This document shows positions 28,718-39,161 of a stretch of 64,000 nucleotides of DNA, piece after piece. Made by a program: the position numbers and the translations under genes. The DNA is taken from the NCBI GenBank assembly GCA_963822985.1, contig CAWGJU010000018.1, forward strand, positions 48,394 through 112,393, given 5' to 3'. The notes beneath the pieces are model-generated. The model worked only from the letters and a program-made list of their open reading frames with translations. It ran no database searches and was not told the origin of the DNA. This stretch comes from an uncultured Alphaproteobacteria bacterium (GTDB lineage: Bacteria; Pseudomonadota; Alphaproteobacteria; Rhodobacterales; Rhodobacteraceae). Position 1 is the stretch's first letter, and each line of letters begins with the position of its first letter.

Positions 28718-29028
28718 AGTATCAGGACGCCTCGGAACCCCGCAGCGGCGTCGCCGTGGCGGTGAGGATGTCGAGGTTGCGTTAGCGTGGTTCCGTCGAC
28801 TCGGACGAGTTGCTGCGCTGGGCTTTCAGAGGCAGACGATGCGCTCGAGCGGCTTTTGCGGGCGGTCGGGACGACGTGCTCCCCTTTTCAGCCGTTGGCC
28901 GCCCTCCCGGTGAGAACGGCGGTGCAAAAGTCGGCCCCGGTAGCGGCGGGATGATCCCGCGGCGGGCGGCGTAAAAGTCGGCCAGGTTTGCCCTCTCTGA
29001 CGGCAGGGAGGGCGGGGGCATTTTCAGC

Positions 29029-30561
29029 GTGGAGTTGTATCGGAAGGTGCGCCGTGCCTATTTCAGGCAGGGCATGAGCAAGCGGGGGATCGCGCGCCAC
29101 TTCGGGATCTCGCGCGACAGCGTGGACAAGATGATCGTCTACTCGGTGCCGCCGGGCTACCGGCGGACGGCGCCGGTGAAGCGGCCGAAGCTCGACGGGT
29201 TCACCGAGATCATCGACCGCTGGCTGTGCGAGGATGCGGACCGCCCCCGCAAGCAGCGGCACACGGCAAAGCGGGTTCTCGACCGCCTCCGTGACGAGCA
29301 CGGGTTCACCGGCGGCTACACGATCGTGAAGGCGTATGTGCGCGAGCATCAGCGGCGCGGCCGGGAGATGTTCGTGCCGCTGCACCATGCGCCCGGGCAC
29401 GCGCAGGCGGACTTCGGCGAAGCGCTGGTGGTGATCGGCGGGGGTCGAGCAGATGGCGCACTTCTTCGCCTTCGACCTGCCGCACAGCGACGCCTGTTAT
29501 ATCCGGGCCTACCCGGCGGCGACGGCCGAGGCGTGGGCCGACGGCCACGTGCACGCCTTCGCCTTCTTCGGGCGGGTGCCGCTGTCGGTGCTCTATGACA
29601 GTGAGGAGGATCAGAAATCGATCCAGTGGATCGATTTCCCGACGAACCGCTGCCTGGTGGCGCGCATCCTGCCGGACGGGACGCGCCAAGCGGGCCCGCG
29701 CTCTTCCAGCGGATTGCTGTCGCACTACGTCATCGAGGATCGCTCCGGCCGGCCGGGCAAGGGCAACGACAAGGGCAGCGTCGAAGGCTCGTCGGCTGGT
29801 CGCGGCGGAACTTCATGGTGCCGCTGCCGCGGTTTGCGACCTGGAACGACTTCAACGCCTGGCTCGAGGAGCAGTGTCGCAAACAACTCGCCGATGTCCT
29901 GCGCGGCCACAGCGAGACGATCGGCGAGCGGCTCCAGCGCGATCTCAAGGCGATGGCTCCGCTGCCGCCGGCGTCATTCGAGGCCTGCGACCAGGCGACG
30001 GGCCGGGTGAGCTCGCAGGCGCTGGTGCGCTACAAGACCAACGACTACTCGGTGCCGGTCGCCTACGGCCACCGCGACGTCCGGGTGCGGGGCTATGTCG
30101 ACCAGGTGGTCATCGGCTGCGGCGGCGAGATCATCGCCCGCCATCCACGCTGCTACGGCCGCGAGGACATGGTCTTCGATCCGATCCACTACCTGCCGCT
30201 GCTGGAGAAAAAGATCGGCGCCTTCGACCAGGCTGCACCGCTGGTGGGCTGGGAACTGCCCGCCGAGTTCCAGACGCTGCGCCGGCTGCGGCTGCTGGAG
30301 ACGTTCGAGCTCGGCGAGCTGCATTTGGCGGTGAAGACCGCGCTGAGGATGGGCGCCGTCGGCTTCGACGCCATCAAGCACCGTTCGCCATGGCGCTCGG
30401 ACCGGTGGCACGCCATGGCTCACCCGTGCCAGGTCGAGAGGCGGCCGCCGAAGCTCGACCTCGACGTCTACCCCTACCTGCCGCGCGCCAACGTCGGGAC
30501 CACCTCGGCGGCGAGCTACATGTGCCTGATCGCCGGGAGCTCGGCCGGTGGCTCGGCATGA
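29029..30561 (+). pseudogene. istA: IS21 transposase IstA, frameshifted, with insertions and a deletion
   Basis: MELYRKVRRAY, HGFTGGYTIVK, HAQADFGEA, LYD, GNDKG, YKTNDYSVP; extra G near 29445 and further indels. Confidence 0.88.
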
Positions 30562-30845
30562 GCGACGCGCCGAAGCTGCTGCTCGACCACCACCTCAAGA
30601 CGCTGAAGCTGCCAACCTTCCTTCGGGAATACGGCAAGCTCGCCCGCCCGGCGGCATACGCCGCCAGGATCGTGATCTGCGCGCATCCGCGCGCGGGGCG
30701 CCGCCGAGGGGCAGGACCATGTGCAGTTCCTGGCCCGGCTGGTGGAGCTCGAGCTGATCGACCGCGAGCGCCGGATGATCGAGCGCCGGATCAAGGCGGC
30801 AAAGTTCCCGGTGACCAAGAGCCTCGACAGCTTCGACTTCAAGGC
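30558..30845 (+). pseudogene. istB: IS21 ATPase IstB, 5' fragment
   Basis: LLDHHLKTLKLPTFLREY...ELIDRERRMIERRIKAAKFPVTKSLDSFDF; breaks off before Walker A. Confidence 0.85.
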
Positions 30846-31029
30846 GAGGCGAACCGTGCCTGCCGCGAAGGTGCGCCGCTTAAGAGTATCCCCGAGCCGG
30901 GCGGGGGCGTCGCTGACGAGGAAGGAGATGGCTGCGCAGCAACCCAACCCCTACGGAACACTGATCGGCTCACGGCGCCCGCGAACCAGATCCTCCAGCA
31001 GATCGAGGCGATCCTGGCCCCAGAACAGC

Positions 31030-31577
31030 TCACCACGATAGGTCCAGCTGGGCGCCCCGAACACCTGCGCCTTCACCGCCGCCTCGGTCTCGGCCTTCGC
31101 CTGGGCATGAATCTCCGGCCCCTCCGCCTTTGCGAGGAGCGCATCTCCGTCCGCGCCAAGATCCTCGGCGACGGCCTTCAGCGTCGCCGGATCGGCAACG
31201 TCTCGATCCTCGACCCAGCAGGCGCGCATGAAGGCACCTGCGAGTGAGCCAACGTCCAGGTTCATCTGCGAGGCGGCGAGGAGGACGCGTGCACTGAGTG
31301 CGGCATTTGTCGGGAAGTGCTTGGGGTGGAGCGTCAGCGGCAGCCCCAGTCGGTCGCGCCAGCGCTGCAGCTCGAACAGCCGGTAACGCTGGCGCTGCGG
31401 CGCCCGCTTCGGCAGCGGCAGACCACCAGAGCCTGCGAACACCACCCCGAAATCGACCGGGTGGAAGCGAACCGCGAGACCGGTATCGGCGGCCAGCCTC
31501 ATGAAGCGGTCGTGCCCCAGATAGGACCACGGGGACGGGACGGTGAAATAGTAGTCGATCGTCTTGTCGCTCGTCAT
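31030..31577 (-). CDS. 2-hydroxychromene-2-carboxylate isomerase / DsbA family (GST kappa-like)
   Basis: IDYYFTVPSPWSYLG, KRAPQRQRYR, VFGAPSW, LFWGQDRLD. Confidence 0.9.
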
Positions 31578-31858
31578 GAAGGCCTCCCCTACTGAACTGG
31601 CCCACGGCTGCGCCAGCTTACGCGCTGACGATGGCCCGTCGCACCTTCCTACCTGATGTCCCCGAAGTTCGCCTTCTCCCGATGTGATGCTGACGCGCCG
31701 AGCCTCCGAATCGGCGCACGACCGTGGCGCCCGAACCGCGGCCGAGAATGGCGGCGCAGACCTGCCCGGGTTTCGCACGCTTTCGAACGTCGCCGCAGTG
31801 CTGCTCCGGGACGTCGCTTCTGCTGGTCGCCCGCTTTTGCATCGACCATCGTTCGCCC

Positions 31859-31951
31859 ATGCAGATCCCGAACCCGATCCACCCCGACCACCTCTCGCCG
31901 AAGGAGCGGCTGGCCGAAGTCTGCCAACTCCTCGCCCTCGGGCTCGTCCGG
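31859..31951 (+). pseudogene. 5' fragment of the small gene usually found upstream of DUF2924-recombinase modules
   Basis: MQIPNPIHPDHLSPKERLAEVCQLLALGLVR; joins the recombinase remnant in the opposite orientation. Confidence 0.5.
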
Positions 31952-32692
31952 TATGCCGTGCCCTTGTGCACGGCCTCGCCGATGTAGACCCGGTTTGACA
32001 GCAGCCGATAGAGGACTCCCTTGTGGATGACGCTGCCGCGGTTGCTGCGCACGCCCTCCCGCCGGAGCTCTCGGGCCAGCACCGTGGCTGAGCCGGTGGC
32101 GATGAAGCGCTCGAAGATCGAGCGGACGACCGCCGCCTCCGCCTCGTTCACGACCAGCTTCCGGTCGCGGACCTCGTAGCCCCAGGGCACGTTGCCGCCC
32201 ATCCACATGCCCTTGCGGCGGCTCGCAGCGATCTTGTCGCGGATGCGCTCGGCCGTCACCTCCCGCTCGAATTGGGCGAAGGAGAGCAGGATGTTCAGCA
32301 TCAGCCGGCCCATGGACGTCGTGGTGTTGAACGACTGCGTGACGCTGACGAAGGTCACCTCGTGCCGATCGAAGATCTCGACGAGCTTGGCGAAGTCGGC
32401 GAGCGAGCGCGACAGCCGGTCGATCTTGTAGCAGACGATGACGTCGACGAGGCCCTCCTCGAATATCGGCGAGCAGCCGCTTCAGTCCGGGCCGCTCCAG
32501 CGTGGCACCGGAGATCCCGCCGTCGTCGTAGGCGTCGCGCACCAGCACCCAGCCCTCCGGCTTCTGGCTGGCGATGTAGGCCTCGCAGGCCTCGCGCTGG
32601 GCGTGCAGCGAGTTGAACTCCTGCTCCAGCCCTTCCTCGCTGCTCTTCCGGGTGTAGACGGCGCAGCGGAGCTTCCGGACCACCTTCGTCAT
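31952..32692 (-). pseudogene. Large serine recombinase, frameshifted and 3'-truncated
   Basis: RCAVYTRKSS (catalytic Ser), YDDGGISG, YKIDRLSRS, SFAQFERE, GMWMGG, NRVYIG; extra base near 32461. Confidence 0.88.
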
Positions 32693-33050
32693 GCGCGCCG
32701 CCGATGGTTGGCCAAGCCGAAGAAGAGGGGCCCGTTCCAGCGCGTGCCGGTGATGGCGCGGGCGATGGCGGACAGCGAGCGGTAGGGCCGGCCCTGCCAC
32801 TCGAAGCCGTCGGCGAGTACGGTCACGACATACTCAGTGCCCTGCCACTCGCGGACGAGCCGGGTGCCGACGATAGGCTTGGTGTTTTGCCGCGCCCGCC
32901 GCTTCACGACGTCGCCGCCGTCTAGCTCCTCGCCCATCTGTTCCAGCCGGCGCAGGGTCTCCGGCTTCAGCCCGCCATAGGCGAGCTCCTGGATCCTGTA
33001 TGCGAGCCGGCTCTCGAGGAACGGCCGGTTGTAAGGCGGCGGCTCTGCGC
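32689..33050 (-). pseudogene. DUF2924 domain protein, 5' end replaced by an IS fragment
   Basis: PPPYNRPFLESRLAYRIQELAYGGL...GTRLVREWQG...YRSLSAIARAITGTRWNGPLFFGL. Confidence 0.85.
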
Positions 33051-33497
33051 CGCCACCAGCCCGGCCGATTGCAGCGCCAGCCGGGTCACCGTGTAGGACA
33101 GTTTGTAGCCGTGCCGCTGCACCAGCTGCTCATGGAAAAGCTTCACCGTGAAATCGCGGTAGCGTTCCTGGTAGAGCATCTGCATCCGCGTCAGCTCGGC
33201 CGCCGGCGCCCGCCGCGGCGACGGCTTGCCGAGCCGCCGGTCGCGCAGACCCTCGGCGCCCTCCGCGTCATGGCGCACCAACAGCCGCCGGAAATGCCGG
33301 CCCGACATGCCGAGCAGCTCGCCCGCATCCTCGGCCGTCAGCCGCCGCTTGCGGTAGCGCTCCATCGCTTCTTCGAACCTGAGCACGAAGACCTCCCATA
33401 ACGCGCTTGTCCGCCGCATCGCCCCCTCCCGAACAGGACGCGAACCTGGCGGACAACTCACGCGCTACGAAAGCGGACAACTCACCCATCTCCGACA
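33050..33497 (-). mobile_element. Left-end fragment of an ISNCY/IS481-like element (transposase start at 33419, truncated)
   Basis: End reads TGTCGG on the minus strand with repeated GCGGACAACTCAC (33449, 33473). ORF: LRFEEAMERYRKRRLTAEDAGELLGMSGRHFRRL...GLRDRRLGK. Confidence 0.7.
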
Positions 33498-33704
33498 CGC
33501 GCTCCAGTTATCCTTGCACGCACTGATAACACATAGTAGAATTTCTAGTTGAGTCGGCATGTTCCGCTTCGGGGCCAAAATACTGTCGGCTAAGTGGGGC
33601 GCAGGCAAAAGCCTGTCTGCAGTCTGAATGTATGACTGACACTTTGTCCATCGGGGGCGAGGCGGCTCTTCAAGATTTTGCGCTCGCTCCGTAAGGAGGA
33701 GGCT

Positions 33705-36374
33705 ATGTGGCTGTTCTCGAAGCATACATTGTCTGTGGCAGCGAGCGGTGCGGCGGTTCTTCCGATCGTGACGATCGCATTGATTGCTTCCGCGCAGGAT
33801 GTCCAAGTCAATCAGGCGGACGTCAATCTCGGTAACAACGATAACAGCACCACACAGAGTGAGACCAAAAACGCCGTTGTTGGCAGCACGGTGGTCGTCG
33901 GGTGGAATGATACTCGTGAGTTCGCGTCCACCGGTCTCGGCGGCCTCACCAGCATCACCGGTTACGGCTTCTCGCAGAACAACGGCGTCTCCTTCACCGA
34001 CGCCGGGCTGCTTGCAGCGCCAGCCGCCGGTTATTTCAGCCTTGGCGATCCTGCCTTCGCGACCGACGCCGCAGGCAACATCTTTTTCGCGACGCTCGCG
34101 CAGAATCCGATGACGGGCGACCAGCGCATCGCCGTCTACCCGTCTACCTCGACGAGCCCGAACGTAACATTCGGCGCCGCGACCCTGGTCGCGAACATCA
34201 ACGCCAATGGGTCAGCCGACAAGCAGTTCATAGCGGCCGACAACACCGGCGGCCCATTCAGCGGTCGCATCTATATCGCTTGGTCGGAGTTTGTCGGCGG
34301 TTCGGCCGCGATCGCGTTCGCCCGCTCTACGTCGACGAGCCCGCTCGCCTTTGCGGCGACGCAGCAACTCGTTCCGGCCAACACCCTGAACCAGGGCGCA
34401 GAGCCTGCCGTGGGACCTGGCGGCGAAGTGTACGTCGTATACGGCGCATTCGGCGGCACGACGCAGGACATCCGCATCCTCAAGTCGACGGATGGCGGGG
34501 CTACCTTCGACAATCCCGATCCGGGCGACCCGGCCGATACGAAGCTGATCGCGACGTCGACGCGCTCGCCGAACACATTTGGCAGCGGGAGCGCGGCAGT
34601 CCGCAACCGCGGCTTTCCCCGCATTGCGGCGGACCGGACGCCGTTTGGAAGTCCAACCCGCGGCAACGTCTACGTGGTGTGGCACGCCGATCCAGACGAC
34701 GCGGGAACGGACAACGCGAGCGTCTACTTTTCCCGGTCGACGGACGGCGGCGCGACGTGGAGCCGTCCGCGCACCGTCAACGCCGGTCCGGCAGTTTCCA
34801 GCGGCGGCGACAGCTCGACACGCGACAACTGGCAGCCTGCCATCGCCGTCTCTCCCGTCACGGGACAGGTTACCGTCAGCTTCTACGACCGGCGCGACGA
34901 TCCTGCGAACACCAATATTCGAGTGTACCGCGCATTCTCTACGGATGGCGGCTTGACGTTCACCAACGATCAGGTGTCGACGGCGGCCTTCACCCCCAAT
35001 ACCAGCTACGATCCGCTGACGGCATTCGCCTACATGGGCGATTACAACGATGCGGTGGGTGCCGCCTCAGGCGTTCACCTTTCATGGGGTGATCTTCGCA
35101 ACACCTGCTCTCCGCCCACGGGCGCGCCGTCGCCATGCTCGCCGGTCGGACGATCCGATCAGGACGTATTCTACCGTCACTATCAGGATCTCACCGGTCC
35201 CGACCCTGCGATCACGCCTTGGGGCCATGTGACCGGCGAGGGGCCCGCCTGGCAGACGCCAGACATATTCGTCGAGGTGGGCGGCGTCCCGACCAATGCC
35301 GCAAAGGGCGCGCTCAACCCCTTGAAGGCCAGGGTCCGCAATGTCGGGACCGATGCCGCGACCGAGGTAACGGTGCGCTTCCTCTACGCGCCGTGGTTCG
35401 CCGGAATCACGCCGGCGGCATTCAAAGAGATCGGGGTTGTTTCGGAGACCTTCGCCGCGCGCGGCGACCTCCTCGGCAACGACCTCAAGGTCGTGCCCAT
35501 CGTCTGGGACCTCACCGACCTCAACGATGACAACGGCGGCCTCTGGCCGATGCCGATCAGCGCCTTCGACCACTTCTGCGTCAAGGTACAGGTTGAGCTC
35601 GCGGGAGACGTAAACATCGGCAACAACACGGCGCAGAACAACTTCACGGATGTGCCGACCCTGAGCGGAACCTCTGTCACGCGGTTTCTCATCGGCAACC
35701 CGTTCCAGCGCAGCGTCGAGGCACGGCTGTTTCTTCGAAAGGTGCCGGAAGGCTTCCGGATCGACCTGAAGGATTTTGACGGCACGTTCGGCAAGCCGTT
35801 CACCCTGAAGCCGGAGGAGATCCGCGTGGCGACGCTGGCGTTCACCACCGACAGGGATTACCGACGGGAGCCGTCGGCACGCGATCTTGTCGCCGACATC
35901 GACTTCGAGGTCGCCGACGAGATCGTGGGGGGCGTCTCGGTGCGTCTCGTGCGCGGCAGCGATGAGGAACGGGAGGGGCGAGGCGTGCTGCCCGAGGTCA
36001 AACGCAGCTTCGACGCGCCGACGGAGAAAGTGTTCGAGGCTCTGCTCGAGGTGCTGCGCGAACGCGAGTACCCGGTCAGCCTTGCGAACCGCGAGAAGCT
36101 GCTTGTGAACACGGGATCCATCCGGACCTCTGTCGACGAGTTGCGGCAGCGGGTAGTGGGCGAACGCGCCGAGGGGGTTGCCGAGAAGCGGGAAGCGCGG
36201 TTCCTCATGTCATTCAAGATCTTGCCGATCACTGAGGACGCGACGGAGATCGCAGCGAGCGCGATGTTCATCGCCTCCACAGAGGAATACTCCCCCCTTG
36301 GCGGCTCGCCGATTGCCTCCAACGGCAGTCTGGAGCGGGAGATACTTGAGCAAGTCGCCGAACGCCTGCGTTGA
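33705..36374 (+). CDS. Large secreted Asp-box/BNR beta-propeller (sialidase-fold) protein with Ig/CARDB-like and C-terminal alpha/beta domains
   Basis: AGGAGG RBS; leader ...IASAQ; Asp-boxes KSTDGGATF, RSTDGGATW, FSTDGGLTF; ARVRNVG. Confidence 0.75.
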   Translation: MWLFSKHTLSVAASGAAVLPIVTIALIASAQDVQVNQADVNLGNNDNSTTQSETKNAVVGSTVVVGWNDTREFASTGLGGLTSITGYGFSQNNGVSFTDAGLLAAPAAGYFSLGDPAFATDAAGNIFFATLAQNPMTGDQRIAVYPSTSTSPNVTFGAATLVANINANGSADKQFIAADNTGGPFSGRIYIAWSEFVGGSAAIAFARSTSTSPLAFAATQQLVPANTLNQGAEPAVGPGGEVYVVYGAFGGTTQDIRILKSTDGGATFDNPDPGDPADTKLIATSTRSPNTFGSGSAAVRNRGFPRIAADRTPFGSPTRGNVYVVWHADPDDAGTDNASVYFSRSTDGGATWSRPRTVNAGPAVSSGGDSSTRDNWQPAIAVSPVTGQVTVSFYDRRDDPANTNIRVYRAFSTDGGLTFTNDQVSTAAFTPNTSYDPLTAFAYMGDYNDAVGAASGVHLSWGDLRNTCSPPTGAPSPCSPVGRSDQDVFYRHYQDLTGPDPAITPWGHVTGEGPAWQTPDIFVEVGGVPTNAAKGALNPLKARVRNVGTDAATEVTVRFLYAPWFAGITPAAFKEIGVVSETFAARGDLLGNDLKVVPIVWDLTDLNDDNGGLWPMPISAFDHFCVKVQVELAGDVNIGNNTAQNNFTDVPTLSGTSVTRFLIGNPFQRSVEARLFLRKVPEGFRIDLKDFDGTFGKPFTLKPEEIRVATLAFTTDRDYRREPSARDLVADIDFEVADEIVGGVSVRLVRGSDEEREGRGVLPEVKRSFDAPTEKVFEALLEVLREREYPVSLANREKLLVNTGSIRTSVDELRQRVVGERAEGVAEKREARFLMSFKILPITEDATEIAASAMFIASTEEYSPLGGSPIASNGSLEREILEQVAERLR

Positions 36375-36658
36375 GCGGTGCGGTAGAGGCGCTAGGGCGG
36401 GGCTTTGCGATCGCCTTTAACTGCACGGTTTGGCGCGGAAGAACAAACGGCAAGTTTGTCCGCACCTACGCCGTCCGGCGGCGTGTCTGCACGACCGCTT
36501 CTGCGCCATAGAACGAACCCGCTACCGCGGGAGGGCGCGCACTTGGAGGTTTGCGCGATGATCCCGGCGTCGGGGGCGGCGTGATCGGCATGACGGCGGG
36601 GGCGTGAGGTCCCGAGCATCGGAGGTCTTGCAACCTCCGGCTCGAAAGGACCACGCCG

Positions 36659-37568
36659 ATGACCACCGAGACGCCGTCCGGCTCCGTTAGCCCGCTGCGC
36701 GCCCGCATGATCGAGGACATGCGCGTGCGCGCCTTCCAGAAAGAGACGCAGCGGCAGTATCTGCGCCACGTCGCCACCTTCTCCGCGTTCCTCGGGCGCC
36801 CGCCGGACACGGCGACGGTCGAGGATGTGCGCCGCTTCCAGATACACCAGGTGGAGAGCGGCTGCGCCAAGCCGAGCATGAACGCATCGGTCACCGCGCT
36901 CCGCTTCTTCTTCACGGTGACGGTCGATCGACCCGACCTCCCCCGGCGCCTGGCACGGGCACGCTACCCGCGCAAGCTGCCCGAGAATTCTCAGCCCTGA
37001 GGAGGTGGCGCGCCTGCTCGAGGCCGCGCCGAGCCTGAAGCTGAAAGCCGCGATGAGCACGGCCTACGCCGCCGGCCTGCGGGTGGCGGAGGTCGTCTCG
37101 CTCAGGATCGCCGACATCGACAGCGCGCGCATGACGCTGCGGATCGAGCGGGGCAAGGGCGGCCGCGACCGCTACGCCATGCTCTCGCCGCAGCTGCTCG
37201 TCCTGCTGCGGATCTGGTGGCGCGAGGGCCGGCGACGTGGCCAGATGCTGCCGAACGGCTGGCTCTTCCCGGGCCGTTCGCCCATCCAGCCGCTGTCGAC
37301 CCGGCAGTTCAGTCGCGGGGTGGCGATGGCGGCGGAGACCGCCGGCATCACGAAGCGGGTGACGCCGCACACACTGCGCCACTCCTTCGCGACGCATCTC
37401 CTCGAACAGCGGACCGACATCCGAGTGATCCAGGTCCTCCTCGGTCATGCGAAGCTCGAGAGCACGGCACTCTATGCGCAAGTGGCGACGAAGACGCTGC
37501 GCTCGGTCGCGAGCCCGCTCGACAGCCTGATCCTGCCTGGATCGGAGCGACCGAGACCGGAGGCCTGA
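36659..37568 (+). pseudogene. Phage-integrase family tyrosine recombinase, +1 frameshift near 36986
   Basis: LRARMIEDM...YAAGLRVAEV...GKGGRDR...HTLRHSFATH...LLGHAKLESTALY. CCCGAGAATTCTCAGC has one extra A relative to PEILSPEE. Confidence 0.88.
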
Positions 37569-37581
37569 CGCGCCGGCCCGT

Positions 37582-38817
37582 GTGCGGCCCGTGGGTCGCC
37601 CGACGCTCGAGGTCGCCGACGTCTTCCGCCGCTTCGGCGCCGCCTGGCGTCGGGCGGAGAAAGGCCGTCTGAGCCTCGGCCAGCTGAAGGTCATGGCGGC
37701 GATCGAGACCTGCCGCACGGCAGCGCTCGGCGGCCATGTCGAACGTTGCGAGGACTGCGGCTGCGAGCGCATCGCCTACAACAGCTGCCGCAACCGCCAC
37801 TGCCCGAAGTGCCAGGGCGCGGCGGCGCGGGACTGGCTCGCTGCGCGCGAGGCCGACCTCCTGCCGGTCGAGTATTTCCACCTCGTGTTCACCCTGCCGG
37901 CCGAGATCGCCGCCATCGCCTACCAAAACAAGACGGTGGTCTACGACGCGCTCTTCAAGGCGGCCTCGGAGACGGTGCTGACGATCGCCGCCGATCCGCG
38001 TCATCTCGGCGCGCGGGTCGGCCTCACCGCCGTGCTCCACACATGGGGCTCCGCGTCGTGTCGCAGACGCGCCTCCGGCACGATGACGCACCACCCGCAC
38101 GTCCACATGATCGTTCCGGGCGGCGGACTATCGCTCGACGGTGTGCGCTGGATCCGCTGCCGGACCGGCTTCCTCCTGCCGGTGAAGGCGCTCTCGCGCC
38201 TGTTCCGCCGGCTCATGCTCGAGCGGCTGGCAATGGCCCACGCGGCGGGCCGCCTGCACTTCTTCGGCGAACTCGCCGGCCTCGCCGATGCGACGGCCCT
38301 CGCCGAGCGCCTCGCGCCCCTCCGGCGGAAGGACTGGTTCGTCTACGCCAAGCGCCCCTTCGCCGGACCCGCCGCCGTGCTCGCATATCTGGCGCGCTAC
38401 ACGCACCGGGTCGCGATCTCGAACAGCAGGCTTCTTGCGATCGGCGAGGACGACGTCACCTTCCGCGTCAAGGACTACCGTCGCTCAGGGCGCGAGCGAT
38501 ACCGCACGATGACCCTTCCGCCCACCGAGTTCATGCGGCGCTTCCTGCTCCACGTGCTGCCGGGCGGCTTCCACCGCATCCGCCATTACGGGCTCCTCGC
38601 CGGCGCGAACCGCAAGGCCAACCTCGCGCACGCCCGCGAGCTCATCGCAACGCCTGCACCAGTGCTCGATACGCCGACCGACGGCGCCGTCGAGCCCGTC
38701 CCACGCACCTCGCATCCTCCGCCCTGCTCGTGCTGCGGCGGGCGCATGATCGTTGTCGAGGCTTTCGAGCGCGGCCAGTCTCCGCGCGGCCCGCCAAACC
38801 GGAGAGCCGCCGCATGA
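37582..38817 (+). CDS. IS91-family-like transposase with N-terminal Zn finger
   Basis: CEDCG...YNSCRNRHCPKC, YFHLVFTLP, HUH motif HPHVH, YLARYTHR, RIRHYGLL, C-terminal CSCC..RM. Confidence 0.9.
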   Translation: MRPVGRPTLEVADVFRRFGAAWRRAEKGRLSLGQLKVMAAIETCRTAALGGHVERCEDCGCERIAYNSCRNRHCPKCQGAAARDWLAAREADLLPVEYFHLVFTLPAEIAAIAYQNKTVVYDALFKAASETVLTIAADPRHLGARVGLTAVLHTWGSASCRRRASGTMTHHPHVHMIVPGGGLSLDGVRWIRCRTGFLLPVKALSRLFRRLMLERLAMAHAAGRLHFFGELAGLADATALAERLAPLRRKDWFVYAKRPFAGPAAVLAYLARYTHRVAISNSRLLAIGEDDVTFRVKDYRRSGRERYRTMTLPPTEFMRRFLLHVLPGGFHRIRHYGLLAGANRKANLAHARELIATPAPVLDTPTDGAVEPVPRTSHPPPCSCCGGRMIVVEAFERGQSPRGPPNRRAAA

Positions 38818-39161
38818 TCCGCCCCTCGACATACCACCTCTATCCTCCGCGCCGGCGACCGGACGCGGCTGCGTCCTTACCGTCGCAAATCCCTCCGAGC
38901 GCGGCGCAGGCGCCCGATCCGCGCCGTTTCGCCAGCCGCCGTCACTCCCGAACGTCTCCCGCGGCCCGTCTCACCGTCAACGGACCGCAGCGGCGAGCGC
39001 GTCATCGCAGCGCCACCGCGCCACCTAAAACAACGAAATCTCCATAGACGCAGAACACCGCGCCAAGCACCCGCGGGTTCGTTCCCTGGCGGCTTTCGGA
39101 CGCCGGCCACGGCGCGCCCGGCCGACATCGACCGACCGGCGTCCGAAATCCTTCACAGGAG

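Larger units (their letters stand above)
28911..30845 (+). mobile_element. IS21-family element, decayed and truncated in istB
   Basis: Left end starts TG and has internal direct repeats GCGGTGCAAAAGTCGGCC / GCGGCGTAAAAGTCGGCC; istA and a partial istB follow. Right end not found. Confidence 0.88.
36511..39084 (+). mobile_element. Tyrosine recombinase + IS91-like (Y2) transposase element
   Basis: Two-gene module bounded by a perfect 12-bp IR GAACGAACCCGC (36511-36522) / GCGGGTTCGTTC (39073-39084). True ends uncertain. Confidence 0.7.

Noticed and set aside
36975-37000. Programmed frameshift in the integrase
   Set aside because: No slippery heptamer or stimulatory structure; a single extra A is the simpler explanation.
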